A DNA stretch of 64,000 nucleotides from Nitrosopumilus sp. Its GTDB lineage: Archaea > Thermoproteota > Nitrososphaeria > Nitrososphaerales > Nitrosopumilaceae. The stretch covers positions 96,001 through 160,000 of the forward strand of contig OZ243974.1 of the NCBI GenBank assembly GCA_965214775.1. Direction: 5' to 3'. The number at the start of each line of letters is the position of its first letter. Position 1 is the first letter of the stretch. The translations under genes and the position numbers were made by a program. Positions 1 to 10,349 of this stretch are shown one piece after another. The notes below the pieces were generated by a model that saw only the letters and a list, made by a program, of their open reading frames with translations, did not search any database and was not told the origin of the DNA.

Positions 1-47
1 GTATTTGTTATATGGGCCATACATGGCAAAGAAGTTGTAAGTCAGCA

Positions 48-1637
48 ATGTCTGGACAAAAAATTATTGGCAGGGGAACTTGGATTGACAAACTAGCACA
101 CGAACTACTAGAACGAGAAAGATCCCTTGGCAGAAAGACAGATGTTTTGAGGGTTGAAAGCGGTCTTGGCGCATCAGGAATTCCACACATAGGAAGTTTG
201 GGTGATGCAGTAAGAGCATACGGGGTCAAACTGGCACTAGAAGATGCAGGATACAGATCCGAACTTGTCGCATACTCTGACGATCTTGACGGATTGAGAA
301 AAATTCCCAAAGGAATGAGGGATTTTGGATTAGAAGAACACATTGCAAAACCAGTCTCGCTAATTCCCGATCCATATGGGAAACATGACTCGTATGGCAT
401 GCATATGAGCAGTATTCTCTTAGAAGGACTAGACAAGGTCGGGATAAAATACGAATTCATACGAGCCAAGGATGCCTACGAGCAGGGATTGCTCAAGGAT
501 CAAATCCATACAATCTTGCAGAACAGCACAAGGATAGGAGACAAGATTGCAGAGCTGGTAGGACAGGGGAAATACCAAAAATATTTGCCATATTTTCCAG
601 TGTGTGCAGGCTGTAGCCGCCTCTATACGGCAAAGGCAACCAAGTACATTGCCGATGAAAAGAAGGCAGAGTACATATGTCACGATGTAGAAATCGACGG
701 AAAGACGATCAAGGGGTGCGGCCACAAAGGAGAGGCAGACATCACAAAAGATTTGGGAAAACTGGCCTGGAAAGTAGAGTTTGCTGCAAGATGGGCCGCA
801 TTTGACATCAGATTTGAAGCTTATGGAAAGGACATTATGGATTCAGTCAAAGTAAATGATTGGGTATCTGACGAAATTTTGCAGTTCCCACATCCCCATC
901 ACGTAAAATATGAGATGTTCCTAGACAAGGGCGGAAAAAAGATTTCAAAATCCTTGGGAAACGTCCTGACTGCCCAGAGATGGATGGAGTTTGGCAGTCC
1001 AGAATCGATTTTGTTACTGCTATACAAGAGAATTGCAGGCGCAAGGGAGCTTGGGTTAGAAGACATCCCATCACTGATGAGCGAATACAACGAACTAGAG
1101 GACATCTATTTTGGAAGAACCAAGGTGGACAATCCTGCAAGGCTGACAAAATCAAAAGGACTCTATGAATATGTCAATTTGCTGAATCCGCCAAAGCAGC
1201 CAAGCACACACGTCAACTATAGGTTGTTAGTGGAGTTATCAAAAATCTTCAAGGAGGACAGAAAAGACAGAGTCATGAAAAAACTGCTAGACTATGGAGT
1301 AATCAAAAATCCCGAACCAGAAATCGAGCAGTTAATAGAGATTGCCGGAAATTATGCCGATGAATTTGACGAACGAGAAAAAACACAGGTTGATTTGGAT
1401 GAGACTGCCAAAAAGGCGCTGAGAATCCTTGTTGAAAAGTTGGGCGGGGACGAGGAGCCTGAAGACATTCAGAATACAATCTATCAGATTGCAAAATCAA
1501 ACGACGTGCAGCCAAGAGACTTTTTCAGAATACTATATCAGATAGTTTTAGGAACGTCACGAGGGCCAAAGATCGGCCCGTTCATTGCAGATATCGGAAG
1601 AAAGCAAGTCGCAAGGACAATTTCAGAATACGTGTGA
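48..1637 (+). CDS. lysS: Lysyl-tRNA synthetase, class I
   Basis: GASGIPHIGS (HIGH-like) and KKISKS (KMSKS-like) motifs, WKVEFAARW; start placed at ATG 48. Confidence 0.96.
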   Translation: MSGQKIIGRGTWIDKLAHELLERERSLGRKTDVLRVESGLGASGIPHIGSLGDAVRAYGVKLALEDAGYRSELVAYSDDLDGLRKIPKGMRDFGLEEHIAKPVSLIPDPYGKHDSYGMHMSSILLEGLDKVGIKYEFIRAKDAYEQGLLKDQIHTILQNSTRIGDKIAELVGQGKYQKYLPYFPVCAGCSRLYTAKATKYIADEKKAEYICHDVEIDGKTIKGCGHKGEADITKDLGKLAWKVEFAARWAAFDIRFEAYGKDIMDSVKVNDWVSDEILQFPHPHHVKYEMFLDKGGKKISKSLGNVLTAQRWMEFGSPESILLLLYKRIAGARELGLEDIPSLMSEYNELEDIYFGRTKVDNPARLTKSKGLYEYVNLLNPPKQPSTHVNYRLLVELSKIFKEDRKDRVMKKLLDYGVIKNPEPEIEQLIEIAGNYADEFDEREKTQVDLDETAKKALRILVEKLGGDEEPEDIQNTIYQIAKSNDVQPRDFFRILYQIVLGTSRGPKIGPFIADIGRKQVARTISEYV

Positions 1638-1843
1638 TCACCATGGCCCACAGCGAACACAACAGATCAAAAAACAGCGGGGGTTTTGCACTGATAATTT
1701 TTGGTGCGTTGCTGCTGTTCTTGGCTCCAAATATTTATCCAGGCATGCCTGAACTAGGAATAGCTGCCCTCACCGGAGGAATAATAATCGGAACGATTGG
1801 ATTTTATCTGAAATTCATCAAAGGAAGACCAAGAAGGGTATGA
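1634..1843 (+). CDS. Small two-TM membrane protein
   Basis: 69-aa ORF with two hydrophobic segments, overlapping the lysS stop. Confidence 0.7.
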   Translation: MITMAHSEHNRSKNSGGFALIIFGALLLFLAPNIYPGMPELGIAALTGGIIIGTIGFYLKFIKGRPRRV

Positions 1844-1849
1844 GAGAAG

Positions 1850-2668
1850 ATGGGATTTTTTGGAAAAAGGAAAAAAGACACACATGCCAAGGAGAAGGGT
1901 GTAAAAAAAGGAGGAGGTGCAACAGAGGAAAAGGAGGGAGAGGAGCAACAGCAATATGCTCAAAAAGAAGAGATGCTAGCATCACTAGAAAAACTGGAAT
2001 TTGAAGTCAAAGAACAAAATGCAGAAAAAGACAGGCTTTTAGAAAGGGTCAGGATTGTAAAAGAAGAGTATGATGCTACCATCAGCAATTTGATGACTGT
2101 AAAAAAAGAGCTAAACCAGAAAAAACTGGAATTGGATGTTGCACAAAGAGAGCACAAATCAATTTTAGAGAAAATCAGGGGACTGGACAGAATCAAAGAT
2201 GAGGAAAAGGAGGCCGAGTTTGTTAAAACAGAAGGCGAACTAGAAAAAATCAAAAGCGAGTTAGAAGAGATGACAAAAGAGTATGACGGGGTAAAAGAAG
2301 AACTTGCCAAAGGCAAGTCAGACCTCCACATGACTAGAAAACAGCAGATTGATGTTGAAAAAGAGCTTGAAGAGGCAAATTCAAGACTGTATAACGCAAA
2401 AGAAGAACTAGACAAAAAAGACGAATTTCAAGATACAAGCGTTCTAACGCCAGGAGAAAAAGAGTTCATTCAAGGCAAAACCGGAAAAGACAGCAATTCT
2501 GCAAGAGTCATCGAGGCTGCAAGCGCAGTCGTAGGTTCGCTAAAATCAAAACTAGGCACAGCTCAAAAGGAGCTTGATACGGTCCAGAATCTTTTAGAAA
2601 AAGAGAGGCAGGCACATGCAGAGACTAGAAGAGAACTAGACAGTCTAAAATCATCATCTGAATCATAA
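1850..2668 (+). CDS. Coiled-coil hypothetical protein
   Basis: 272 aa, E/K-rich heptad pattern, operonic spacing. Confidence 0.8.
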   Translation: MGFFGKRKKDTHAKEKGVKKGGGATEEKEGEEQQQYAQKEEMLASLEKLEFEVKEQNAEKDRLLERVRIVKEEYDATISNLMTVKKELNQKKLELDVAQREHKSILEKIRGLDRIKDEEKEAEFVKTEGELEKIKSELEEMTKEYDGVKEELAKGKSDLHMTRKQQIDVEKELEEANSRLYNAKEELDKKDEFQDTSVLTPGEKEFIQGKTGKDSNSARVIEAASAVVGSLKSKLGTAQKELDTVQNLLEKERQAHAETRRELDSLKSSSES

Positions 2669-3115
2669 ACTCTCAAAATGCTTTTTCCATTTTGCTCTAA
2701 TCTCATCTTCAGACATCCCCAAATCATACAAGGGGGAAGTCACTTCAGATACCCTTGAGACGTCCACCAGAACAATAGAGCCGATTGGGCTCTTGATGCC
2801 TTTGTCTCTGTAAAACGACAAGATTTCGCCGTATTGCTCACCCCGGATAAGGATTCTAGCTTTGCCTGAAAAGAGATAGCCCCTTCTTGACAGAGGATCA
2901 ACAACGTTAATCTCCACGTTTGGATTTGATGCCAAGTTCTTCATGGTATCAGGAGAACGGATATCTGCAAATGCCAACGTCTTCTCATCCCATCCCACAA
3001 CAGTTCCTTTCGGGGACAAATTTGGAAGTCCATCCTCAGTTACCGTGGCAACATAGCCCAGCTTGTGCAAGTCCAGAAAGGACTTGATTTCAAAAGTGAT
3101 CATGGATAGGATCAT
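2663..3115 (-). CDS. Pyridoxamine 5'-phosphate oxidase-like FMN-binding protein
   Basis: YVATV..DG.PNLSPKG and T..NL..NPNVEI motifs. Confidence 0.85.
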   Translation of the reverse strand: MILSMITFEIKSFLDLHKLGYVATVTEDGLPNLSPKGTVVGWDEKTLAFADIRSPDTMKNLASNPNVEINVVDPLSRRGYLFSGKARILIRGEQYGEILSFYRDKGIKSPIGSIVLVDVSRVSEVTSPLYDLGMSEDEIRAKWKKHFESL

Positions 3116-3152
3116 ATCATTGGAGAGATATAATTAATTTTCAACTCTGTCA

Positions 3153-3251
3153 TCATCTCATGACTTCGGCCATAAACTGCGAGAAGAAAAAGAACCCTAT
3201 TCCGCCGCCAATAATTGCCACCCAGGCGGCAATCTGTTTGATTTTAGACAT
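3153..3251 (-). CDS. Small single-TM protein (32 aa)
   Basis: MSKIKQIAAWVAIIGGGIGFFFFSQFMAEVMR. Confidence 0.5.
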   Translation of the reverse strand: MSKIKQIAAWVAIIGGGIGFFFFSQFMAEVMR

Positions 3252-3471
3252 TAAAGGAATTTTTTCGAACCCACTATTGAATCTAATTGGGCGGCCAGTA
3301 TTCCCAAAAGTTCCATGAAAAACGGTTCCACATTTAACACAATTCAGATTATGATGCCTGCAGATCCGCATGTCACCTACTGCACTGCCATGAGTCAGTT
3401 ACATCTGTGAAGACTGGCGGCAGTCCATACAGACAGTTATAATTAAACCAGAGCCAGACAGACAGCAAGTA

Positions 3472-3618
3472 ATGGCAAGCATCAAGGACGTAGGCAAGTT
3501 TTTTGTGTTTATTGTAGGCGGACTAGTGGCAGTCATTGTGGGCTCATTTATGATTCGTGGGACTATGCACATGTGGGACAAGCCAGAAGACAGTAAGGAA
3601 GAAGAAGGCAAGGACTAA
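3472..3618 (+). CDS. Small single-TM protein (48 aa), not in ORF track
   Basis: Manual translation MASIKDVGKFFVFIVGGLVAVIVGSFMIRG...; AT-rich TATA-like box about 30 nt upstream. Confidence 0.6.
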   Translation: MASIKDVGKFFVFIVGGLVAVIVGSFMIRGTMHMWDKPEDSKEEEGKD

Positions 3619-3644
3619 AAACAAGGAGTTCAAATTGCTTGTAA

Positions 3645-3944
3645 GTGCTGCAAGACTCTACAATCAGAAAATCATTGGACCGATACATTTCACGAAGAAT
3701 TCAAGAGATTCCAACTGAGATCAGGCAAACTTTTCCAAACATCAAGCAAATTTGGAAATGTCAAAACGAGGTTGATTTTCTGTATGGATATTATGTTGGG
3801 AAGATAGAAGAAGGCGCACTGCATTACCTTCTCAAGGCAACAAGAGCATCGGCCGGAGGATATGTGGATACTTTTGAAATCAGGGGGATTATTGAAATGC
3901 ATAAATCCGAATTAGCCGATACGATTTCAGATTCGCTCAATTAG
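3645..3944 (+). CDS. Conserved hypothetical protein
   Basis: 99-aa ORF with a DFLYGYYVG motif typical of small thaumarchaeal proteins (from memory). Confidence 0.7.
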   Translation: MLQDSTIRKSLDRYISRRIQEIPTEIRQTFPNIKQIWKCQNEVDFLYGYYVGKIEEGALHYLLKATRASAGGYVDTFEIRGIIEMHKSELADTISDSLN

Positions 3945-3978
3945 TGAGGTAAAAATAGCCCGACAGCTTTGAAAACAC

Positions 3979-4152
3979 ATGGTTGGACCACAGGACGGAG
4001 GGTTTGGATTTGATCAATCTAAAAAATATACCAGTGTTGAAAATTTAGACGAGATCTGTGTCCAGTGTCAGGCAGGACAGCACAGGAGATGTTTGAAGAA
4101 ATCCAAAGTACAAGACAATTGCGAATGCGAGCATTGTATGATTTACGGCTAG
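3979..4152 (+). CDS. Small Cys-rich putative metal-binding protein (57 aa)
   Basis: Manual translation ...ICVQCQAGQHRRC...CECEHC. Confidence 0.6.
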   Translation: MVGPQDGGFGFDQSKKYTSVENLDEICVQCQAGQHRRCLKKSKVQDNCECEHCMIYG

Positions 4153-4200
4153 ATAAAATATTGATCAAGTTTATTTAATATCGCAAAAACAAAATAACAC

Positions 4201-4317
4201 ATGTCAAGGCAGTGCAACTTTGAGTGTACGTATTGTGGTATGGAATTTGGCTCAAAAGTCATGGAGCTTGCATTACACATTGCAAGAGTCCATGATCCTC
4301 CCAGAAACAGAAATTAG
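4201..4317 (+). CDS. Small C2H2 zinc-finger protein (38 aa)
   Basis: FECTYCG...LALHIARVH; TATA-like TTTATTTAATA about 25 nt upstream. Confidence 0.65.
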   Translation: MSRQCNFECTYCGMEFGSKVMELALHIARVHDPPRNRN

Positions 4318-4326
4318 GAGATGCAG

Positions 4327-4409
4327 TATAGCAACGGGCAGAAGTCTTTGAGTCAAAGTAGGTCATATCTACACGTAAAAAACCTCAATTATTTCTGCTC
4401 GTTGCTATA
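4327..4409. mobile_element. MITE family A (IS630/Tc1-mariner-like), copy 1
   Basis: TIR TATAGCAACG(G/A)GCAGAA with TA at both ends; 8 copies in the window. Confidence 0.9.
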
Positions 4410-4419
4410 GGATCAGGAA

Positions 4420-4900
4420 AAACCTGTACAGTCTTGAGGCCCCTGACACGGGGCTGTATCCGGGCGTGGACTGATCCGTGTCGTGCCTTCCCTTGAGGAT
4501 GATATGCCCTGTGTGCTTACCAAAAATGGCGCAAACGCTACCTGGTTTTTCGATCTGTGCTGGCTACGCGAGAGGCCTAGCACAATACGATCCTATTTGA
4601 TTCATGTCAAGGTCTTCGGCTGTGGTGCGGCTCCCTGATAGACTTGGTAGATGCATGGGGTCACGTCCACCCGCCATCCTAGGATTCTACTTGGACACAA
4701 AATTCCAATCCAAAGAAGATCTGGGTTTCATGTCCCGAAGATTGTACAGAACCCCTGGCGCAGCGTGCGGGTGTATTTCTCGCGCGTCTCCTCTGCCTTG
4801 ATCCCCTGGTTGAACAGGGCAAGCGGGGCCGTCTGGCCCACCCTCTCAAAGTCCTCCATCGCAAGCTTCATCTCTGTTTCCATATTCCTGGAACGCATAA
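4420..4900 (-). pseudogene. Degraded tyrosine integrase remnant downstream of tRNA-Val
   Basis: PLALFNQGIKAEETREKYTRTLRQ resembles the N-terminus of thaumarchaeal tRNA-linked integrases (from memory); followed by stops and frameshifts; boundaries approximate. Confidence 0.55.
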
Positions 4901-4917
4901 AAGGTACAATATTGTAA

Positions 4918-5013
4918 TGGACCGGACGGGATTCGAACCCATGACCTTTGCGGGGATTTTTTTCCCTTACGCAGTGTGAGTGCGTCATCCAAACCAAACT
5001 AGACGACCGGTCC
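4918..5013 (-). tRNA. tRNA-Val(CAC) with a 21-nt non-canonical intron at 44/45 (4947-4967)
   Basis: Acceptor GGACCGG/CCGGTCC, anticodon arm ACGCA-CTCACAC-TGCGT, T-loop TTCGAAT; bulge-helix-bulge TGCG-TAA-GGGA...TCCC-CGCA-AAG. Confidence 0.9.
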
Positions 5014-5098
5014 AATAAATTTACAAAAAGACACGCTTTTTTATCTTTAGATTCTGTTATTACCTTGGCTTTTAGTACTGTGATGAAACACTCTTTTC

Positions 5099-5353
5099 AT
5101 GTCTTCTCCTCTTCAAGAATTTGACGCGCTAATTGATAAAATGAAATTGGCCTTTGAATATGCCGATAACCTTGGCCAGTATGATGTTGCAGCCAAAGTA
5201 CTCTACCAGATGAACGCACAACTGCCTGATGACTTGCAACTGTCCCTAGACGAACTGGAAGATCCAGAATCTGCAAAATCCTTTGTTATGAGACATCAAT
5301 CTGAGATAAAATTGGCCATTTCAGAATACAGGCAAAGGATGATGAATCTTTAA
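5099..5353 (+). CDS. Hypothetical protein
   Basis: 84-aa ORF followed by a T-tract. Confidence 0.7.
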   Translation: MSSPLQEFDALIDKMKLAFEYADNLGQYDVAAKVLYQMNAQLPDDLQLSLDELEDPESAKSFVMRHQSEIKLAISEYRQRMMNL

Positions 5354-5355
5354 TT

Positions 5356-5523
5356 CTATTTTTTTATGCCGAGATTTCTGTTCTTTAATCTCAGGAATGG
5401 GTTTCTGCATTTTCTGCATCTTGTAGCCCCGACATCATTTCTGGCACCACAGTTAAAGCAAATTTTCATTACCAGTCGAGCTTGCTGTGCGATTCTTTTC
5501 TTTTCTGGGTCTGTTATGGGCAT
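5356..5523 (-). CDS. rpl40e: 50S ribosomal protein L40e (not in ORF track)
   Basis: MPITDPEKKRIAQQARLVMKICFNCGARNDVGATRCRKC..LRLK. Confidence 0.93.
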   Translation of the reverse strand: MPITDPEKKRIAQQARLVMKICFNCGARNDVGATRCRKCRNPFLRLKNRNLGIKK

Positions 5524-5555
5524 GACAACCTTCTCCTCGGCTTCCCTCTTTTATT

Positions 5556-6473
5556 CTAACCGGATTTTTCCATCTTTCCTGCAAGCAAAACCGGCACTTC
5601 GGCTGGTCTTTTAGCAACAGGAATGTTTGCCTTGTTAAACATCGAGACTTTGGATTCGGCCGAACCATACGTTCCCATCACTATTGCCCCTGCATGGCCC
5701 ATTCTCTTTTCTTTAGGTGCGGCCCGTCCTGCAATGTATGCGACAGTCGGTTTGTCAAACCTGCTATCGATGATTCTCTTAGCTAGCATCTCTTCTGAAT
5801 CCCCCCCGATCTCTCCTACCACCACCATTCCGTCCAGATCTGGAATGTCTTTTATCATGTCAAATGCGTCAACTAGCCTTGTGCCGTTTACAGGATCACC
5901 GCCGATTCCAACTGTGATTGCTTGGCCAAATCCTGCACTGGTCAGAGCATCTGAAATCTCATAAAGCAGGGTTCCGCTCTTTGAGAGCACTGCAATTCTT
6001 CCTGCCTTAAATGGCGTTGCCGGCATGATTCCTACTTTGATCAGTTCCGGAATCATTATTCCTGGCGTGTTTGGACCGATGATTGCCGCCCCTTTCTCAT
6101 CTGCCAATGCAAGTGCCTTCATTGTGTCTCTGATTGGGACATGTTCTGGGATTGCAACTAGCAGTTTGATTCCTGCATCAAGGGCGTCTTTTGCAGCTAA
6201 CAGGAAGAATTTTGCCGGAACAAAAACAATTGAGATTTTTGCGCCCGTTGCATCAACTGCTTCCTGCATCGAATCATATATCGGAACAGAGTCTTCGAAC
6301 CTCTGCCCCCCCTTTCCCGGGGTTACACCGGCTACCACGTTTGTTCCGTATGCAATCATGTTTCTTGCATGCAGTGAGCCATATGCCCCTGTAATCCCTT
6401 GAACGATTACCCCTTTCTTCTCATAATCCGGGTCTTCTGGCCTTCCTTTTAGTATGCCAAAAATGTCAGTCAA
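5556..6473 (-). CDS. sucD: Succinyl-CoA synthetase alpha subunit
   Basis: VQGITG, GVTPGKGG, GPNTPG and RMGHAGA (phospho-His) motifs. Confidence 0.96.
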   Translation of the reverse strand: MTDIFGILKGRPEDPDYEKKGVIVQGITGAYGSLHARNMIAYGTNVVAGVTPGKGGQRFEDSVPIYDSMQEAVDATGAKISIVFVPAKFFLLAAKDALDAGIKLLVAIPEHVPIRDTMKALALADEKGAAIIGPNTPGIMIPELIKVGIMPATPFKAGRIAVLSKSGTLLYEISDALTSAGFGQAITVGIGGDPVNGTRLVDAFDMIKDIPDLDGMVVVGEIGGDSEEMLAKRIIDSRFDKPTVAYIAGRAAPKEKRMGHAGAIVMGTYGSAESKVSMFNKANIPVAKRPAEVPVLLAGKMEKSG

Positions 6474-7576
6474 CTCTTTACTCCCATCACTGCGGCATTA
6501 ATCGCCTCTTCTACAGAGTCGAAGATTTTGATCCTAGAGCCTTGCAGCATCTCTTTTGCCTTGTCTGACTCTGTTCCCTTTAGTCTTGAAAACACAGGCA
6601 GATCAATAACATTGTCCTCGTATGCCTTTAGAAACGCTTGGGCCACTACCGTGGTCTTTACAATCCCCCCGTAGAGGTTTACCAAAATTCCCCTTACCCT
6701 GTCTAGTTTGCTGATTAGTATCAGTGCTTCATAGACTGACTCGGTTGTTGCACCGCCGCCGACATCAAGAAAGCATGCTGGCTTGCCGCCATTGTCTGAC
6801 AACATGTCAAGCGTCGACATTACCAGGCCCGCACCGTTTCCAACCACTGCAATGTCTCCGTCCAGCTCCACTAATGAGAAGCCGCTTTTCTCTGCTTGCT
6901 CTTCAATTGCAGTCTTCTCTTGGTACTTTTGTAATTCGTCATGTCTAAAGTTGCTGTTATCATCAGTTACGAGTTTTCCATCCAATGCCATGACGGTTCC
7001 ATCCTGCGTTATTGCCAGCGGGTTAACCTCGACCAGCTCGGCCTCCTTTTCAATCGTTAGTTTTGATAGTTTCTTTAGGGTGTCGACAAACTGGTCTGCA
7101 ATGTCTCCTTCAAGCTCAATCTCCCTTGCAATCTCCCTTGCAACCTCGTCTGAGACATCCCCCAGGCCTACCTCCCTGATGATTTGATTTTTAACTGATT
7201 CGATTTCAACTCCGCCCTCATTAGAGGCAATGACTGTATAACATCTCTTTGAACGGTTCAGAAAGACAGACAGATACAGTTCCTTTTTGATGTCTGCCAT
7301 CTTCTCCAAAAGTATGGCCCTGGCCTTTTCGCCCCTTACTGTCAAATCCATGACATGTGGATACTTTATCTCAAATTCGTCCTCGTTTTGGCATTTTTGA
7401 ATGCCCCCTGCTTTTCCTCGGCCGCCTACCGGGACTTGGATTTTGATGACAAGTGGAAACCCCAGTTCTTTGGCGTGCTTTCTGCCGTCCTCGATATTAG
7501 TTGACGGCATGCCGTCAAGCAGGTTGATGCCATACTCTCTGAACAGTTCTTTGGCCTGAAACTCTAGTAACTGCAT
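6470..7576 (-). CDS. sucC: Succinyl-CoA synthetase beta subunit
   Basis: LLEFQAKELF, GGRGKAGG, GNGAGLVM and FLDVGGGA motifs. Confidence 0.96.
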   Translation of the reverse strand: MQLLEFQAKELFREYGINLLDGMPSTNIEDGRKHAKELGFPLVIKIQVPVGGRGKAGGIQKCQNEDEFEIKYPHVMDLTVRGEKARAILLEKMADIKKELYLSVFLNRSKRCYTVIASNEGGVEIESVKNQIIREVGLGDVSDEVAREIAREIELEGDIADQFVDTLKKLSKLTIEKEAELVEVNPLAITQDGTVMALDGKLVTDDNSNFRHDELQKYQEKTAIEEQAEKSGFSLVELDGDIAVVGNGAGLVMSTLDMLSDNGGKPACFLDVGGGATTESVYEALILISKLDRVRGILVNLYGGIVKTTVVAQAFLKAYEDNVIDLPVFSRLKGTESDKAKEMLQGSRIKIFDSVEEAINAAVMGVKS

Positions 7577-7610
7577 GTGCAAAAATCATGAATTTTACGG
7601 TCTTTATTAA

Positions 7611-7949
7611 CTATGACGTTGCCCCGAGCTGCTCTTCGAGAAAATCAATCATTTCCAAAAATCGATCCTTGCTTTTTTTCAACAACTCCTGTGGGTACTC
7701 TTCGATTGTAAAGACAGACTGCTGGTTAAAACTTGGAACCAGAACTCCTCCAGATGTTACTACCTGCTCAACGACATATCCCTTGGTCAAAGTGCAGACA
7801 ATCTCTTCGTAGGATTCGTCCTCTTCTTCAAGGGTTTGCCTGAATAAGACAATGGGCTTATTTGTCTTTGCTGCAACATTTGAGCCCTCCTCTAGCAGGT
7901 CTGTCAGACGTTGAACCTGCCATGCATCCAGACTGATCTGCTTTGCCAT
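7611..7949 (-). CDS. Conserved hypothetical protein
   Basis: 112-aa ORF upstream of sucC. Confidence 0.75.
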   Translation of the reverse strand: MAKQISLDAWQVQRLTDLLEEGSNVAAKTNKPIVLFRQTLEEEDESYEEIVCTLTKGYVVEQVVTSGGVLVPSFNQQSVFTIEEYPQELLKKSKDRFLEMIDFLEEQLGATS

Positions 7950-8139
7950 ACTACTATGAATACGAGATTTTTCTATTTAACCTCGACGCCAAGTGCGGTT
8001 TTATGTCTGGGTTAGAAACTTTCTTTATCCCCAAATGGATTTCTGTGTGATGTTGAAGAAATTCTGCTGGCTTGCTGAAAGATTTTTGTTTTTGCCCAAC
8101 AATGAATGACGGTTTTGTTATGTTTGTGTTGTCAGGTGC

Positions 8140-8235
8140 CATAGTGCGCACAGTTGAAATCCGGACATTTTTTATCAAAATAGGCACGATATGTCAAAAT
8201 TACGGTCCGTTTTTTTTTTTGATGTGCGCACTATG
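8140..8235. mobile_element. MITE family B (other diverged copies at about 8408-8494 and 10264-10349)
   Basis: 13-bp perfect TIR CATAGTGCGCACA; internal sequence shared with the two other copies. Confidence 0.7.
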
Positions 8236-9044
8236 CCTGGTAGTCACATGCCAGGTCTTGAATTTACATGCATGGCATCATAAAAGATCTTGCCAATCAA
8301 AACCCGTTCTGATGCAGTCGTCACGTGTATGGCAGTGGCAGTGGCAGTGATGATGGTGGTGATGGTGATGGCAGACGGATCGACTGGGCTCTAGTCGGAG
8401 CTATACAAGTGTACACACCAAAAAAACGGTTCATAATTGAGACATTGTGCCTGTTTTACTGGAAAGATAATCGATTTTCAACTGCACGCACTGTATACTG
8501 TTGTGCCGGATCCCCGTCCTGTCATGATCTGTATGCGATATTTCCATAGCTGCTTGCAGGAGGTGGCCGGCACGCGGTGTTTATCCCGTGTTTGTTCCTG
8601 CGTTGATCACGCTGTCGCCTCCTTTTTGATCAAAAAGCCGATCCGGGAGGAATCTCCAATTGCCGTCTGCGTGGCATGTTGCTTTTGGCCTTCATGCCTT
8701 TCCACCTACCTTCATGCATTTCCACCTGACTGCCCTCCTGCATTTTGGCATGCCTAGCTGTTGCGACAAGTCTGTTTGACTCCCTCCTTGTACATGGCAA
8801 GGCAATATCGACTCTCAGGAACGGCAATACATGGTTGTGTTCCGTGTCGTCTGCATGATACAAAATACGTACCGCCGGGCATATCCAATCGCCCACCAAG
8901 TGTCAGATCACATGATGCTGGCAAGACTTCACATGGCGTCTGTTTGCATCTTGTCCGATTTTGGCCTAATCATTTATAGTATATTTCCTAGCTTGGCTGG
9001 TAATTTCAGCAAGTCTTTTTAATTAAAAAAATCAAAACTATGCA

Positions 9045-9557
9045 ATGAGAATTTCACCAAAAATGAAAAAAGCTCTAAATGATCAAATCGCAATGGAGTA
9101 TGCCGCATCAAGTACCTATCTGTCAATGGCTGGTTGGTGTGAGGTAACAGGCTATCATGGCGGTGCAAGCTACTTCTATGCTCAATCCGCTGAAGAACGC
9201 AATCATATGCTAAAGTTTGTAAAATACCTGAGTGATGTTGGGGAAGCAGCTATAATTCCTGCTGTAAAAGCACCTGCAAGTACTTACAAGTCTCTTGAAG
9301 AGTTGCTCAAAACTGCACTAAAAAACGAACAATCAGTGACAAAAGCAATCCACAAAATTGTAGACCTGGCACATACAGAAAAAGATCATTGCAGTTATGC
9401 ATTCTTGGAGTGGTTTGTAAATGAACAAATCCAAGAAGAAGCAAAGTTTGAGGATCTTTTGCAAAAATTTGATCTTATCGGAAGAGACAAGCTGGCAATT
9501 AATGAAATTGACAAAATTTTAGCTGCCCAGACTGCTGCTCCAGATCCTGCAGCATAG
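9045..9557 (+). CDS. ftnA: Non-heme ferritin
   Basis: ALNDQIAME, QSAEERNHM, FLEWFVNEQIQEE ferroxidase residues. Confidence 0.93.
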   Translation: MRISPKMKKALNDQIAMEYAASSTYLSMAGWCEVTGYHGGASYFYAQSAEERNHMLKFVKYLSDVGEAAIIPAVKAPASTYKSLEELLKTALKNEQSVTKAIHKIVDLAHTEKDHCSYAFLEWFVNEQIQEEAKFEDLLQKFDLIGRDKLAINEIDKILAAQTAAPDPAA

Positions 9558-9598
9558 GTTTCTAAAATAATTAATACCTCGTTATTTTCAACCCCCTT

Positions 9599-9931
9599 GT
9601 GACTGTTACAGTAACCCGAAAACCCGGTGGAATTACTCAATTGTTCAACACAGACACGGGCCGCGTAACCTACAAATGCAAAGCAGACTCTGCATTTATG
9701 CTGATTGAGGCATTTGGAGGCATTGTAAAATTCAATCAAAAAGGCGCAATTGCAACTGTTACAGGCCACATCACTACGCTGCAATTCTGTGATGTTATAA
9801 AGAAGGGTCATCCGGACTACAAGGGTGCATTAATCGCAATTGTCGCTGCTCACAAGGAATTTGCACAACAAGTTTCAGATTTCCAGCAAAATGAAATCAG
9901 AGAGTTGGAAAACAAGCTATCTGGCATCTGA
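9599..9931 (+). CDS. Hypothetical protein
   Basis: 110-aa ORF after ferritin, TATA-like sequence upstream. Confidence 0.55.
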   Translation: MTVTVTRKPGGITQLFNTDTGRVTYKCKADSAFMLIEAFGGIVKFNQKGAIATVTGHITTLQFCDVIKKGHPDYKGALIAIVAAHKEFAQQVSDFQQNEIRELENKLSGI

Positions 9932-10349
9932 TCTTCGAACTCTGCATTCACGCCATCTGAGAACACATGCGTCTCCAATTCCCGTCAGTATAAACAGAAT
10001 TGCAATGATGGTGGTGACTGCCAGCTTTTTTGTTATTGCACTTGATTGACATGTGTAGTATTCTTGGCTACCAATTGATCACAAAAAGAACAATTTTTTT
10101 CAACCAAAGGATCCAAGATCTGTCAATCCTGTGCAAACACATGAAAGACAAGAAGGAACTGCCGACGGGAAATGTGTTCCTATACTGAATAGCAAGCAAG
10201 GACGTTGTGCAGAATCGTGATTTCAGGGTGTGATTTCCTGGGTGATTTGTACAAAATCATGGCATAGTACACATCAAAAAATGGAATGTGATTGACACGT
10301 CGTGTCTATTTTGCCAAAAAAATATTCGATTTTCAACTGCACGCACTAC

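Noticed and set aside
8240-9000. Several overlapping short ORFs and a (GGCAGT)/(GAT/GGT) microsatellite
   Set aside because: No recognisable motifs; looks like decayed DNA between MITE B copies.
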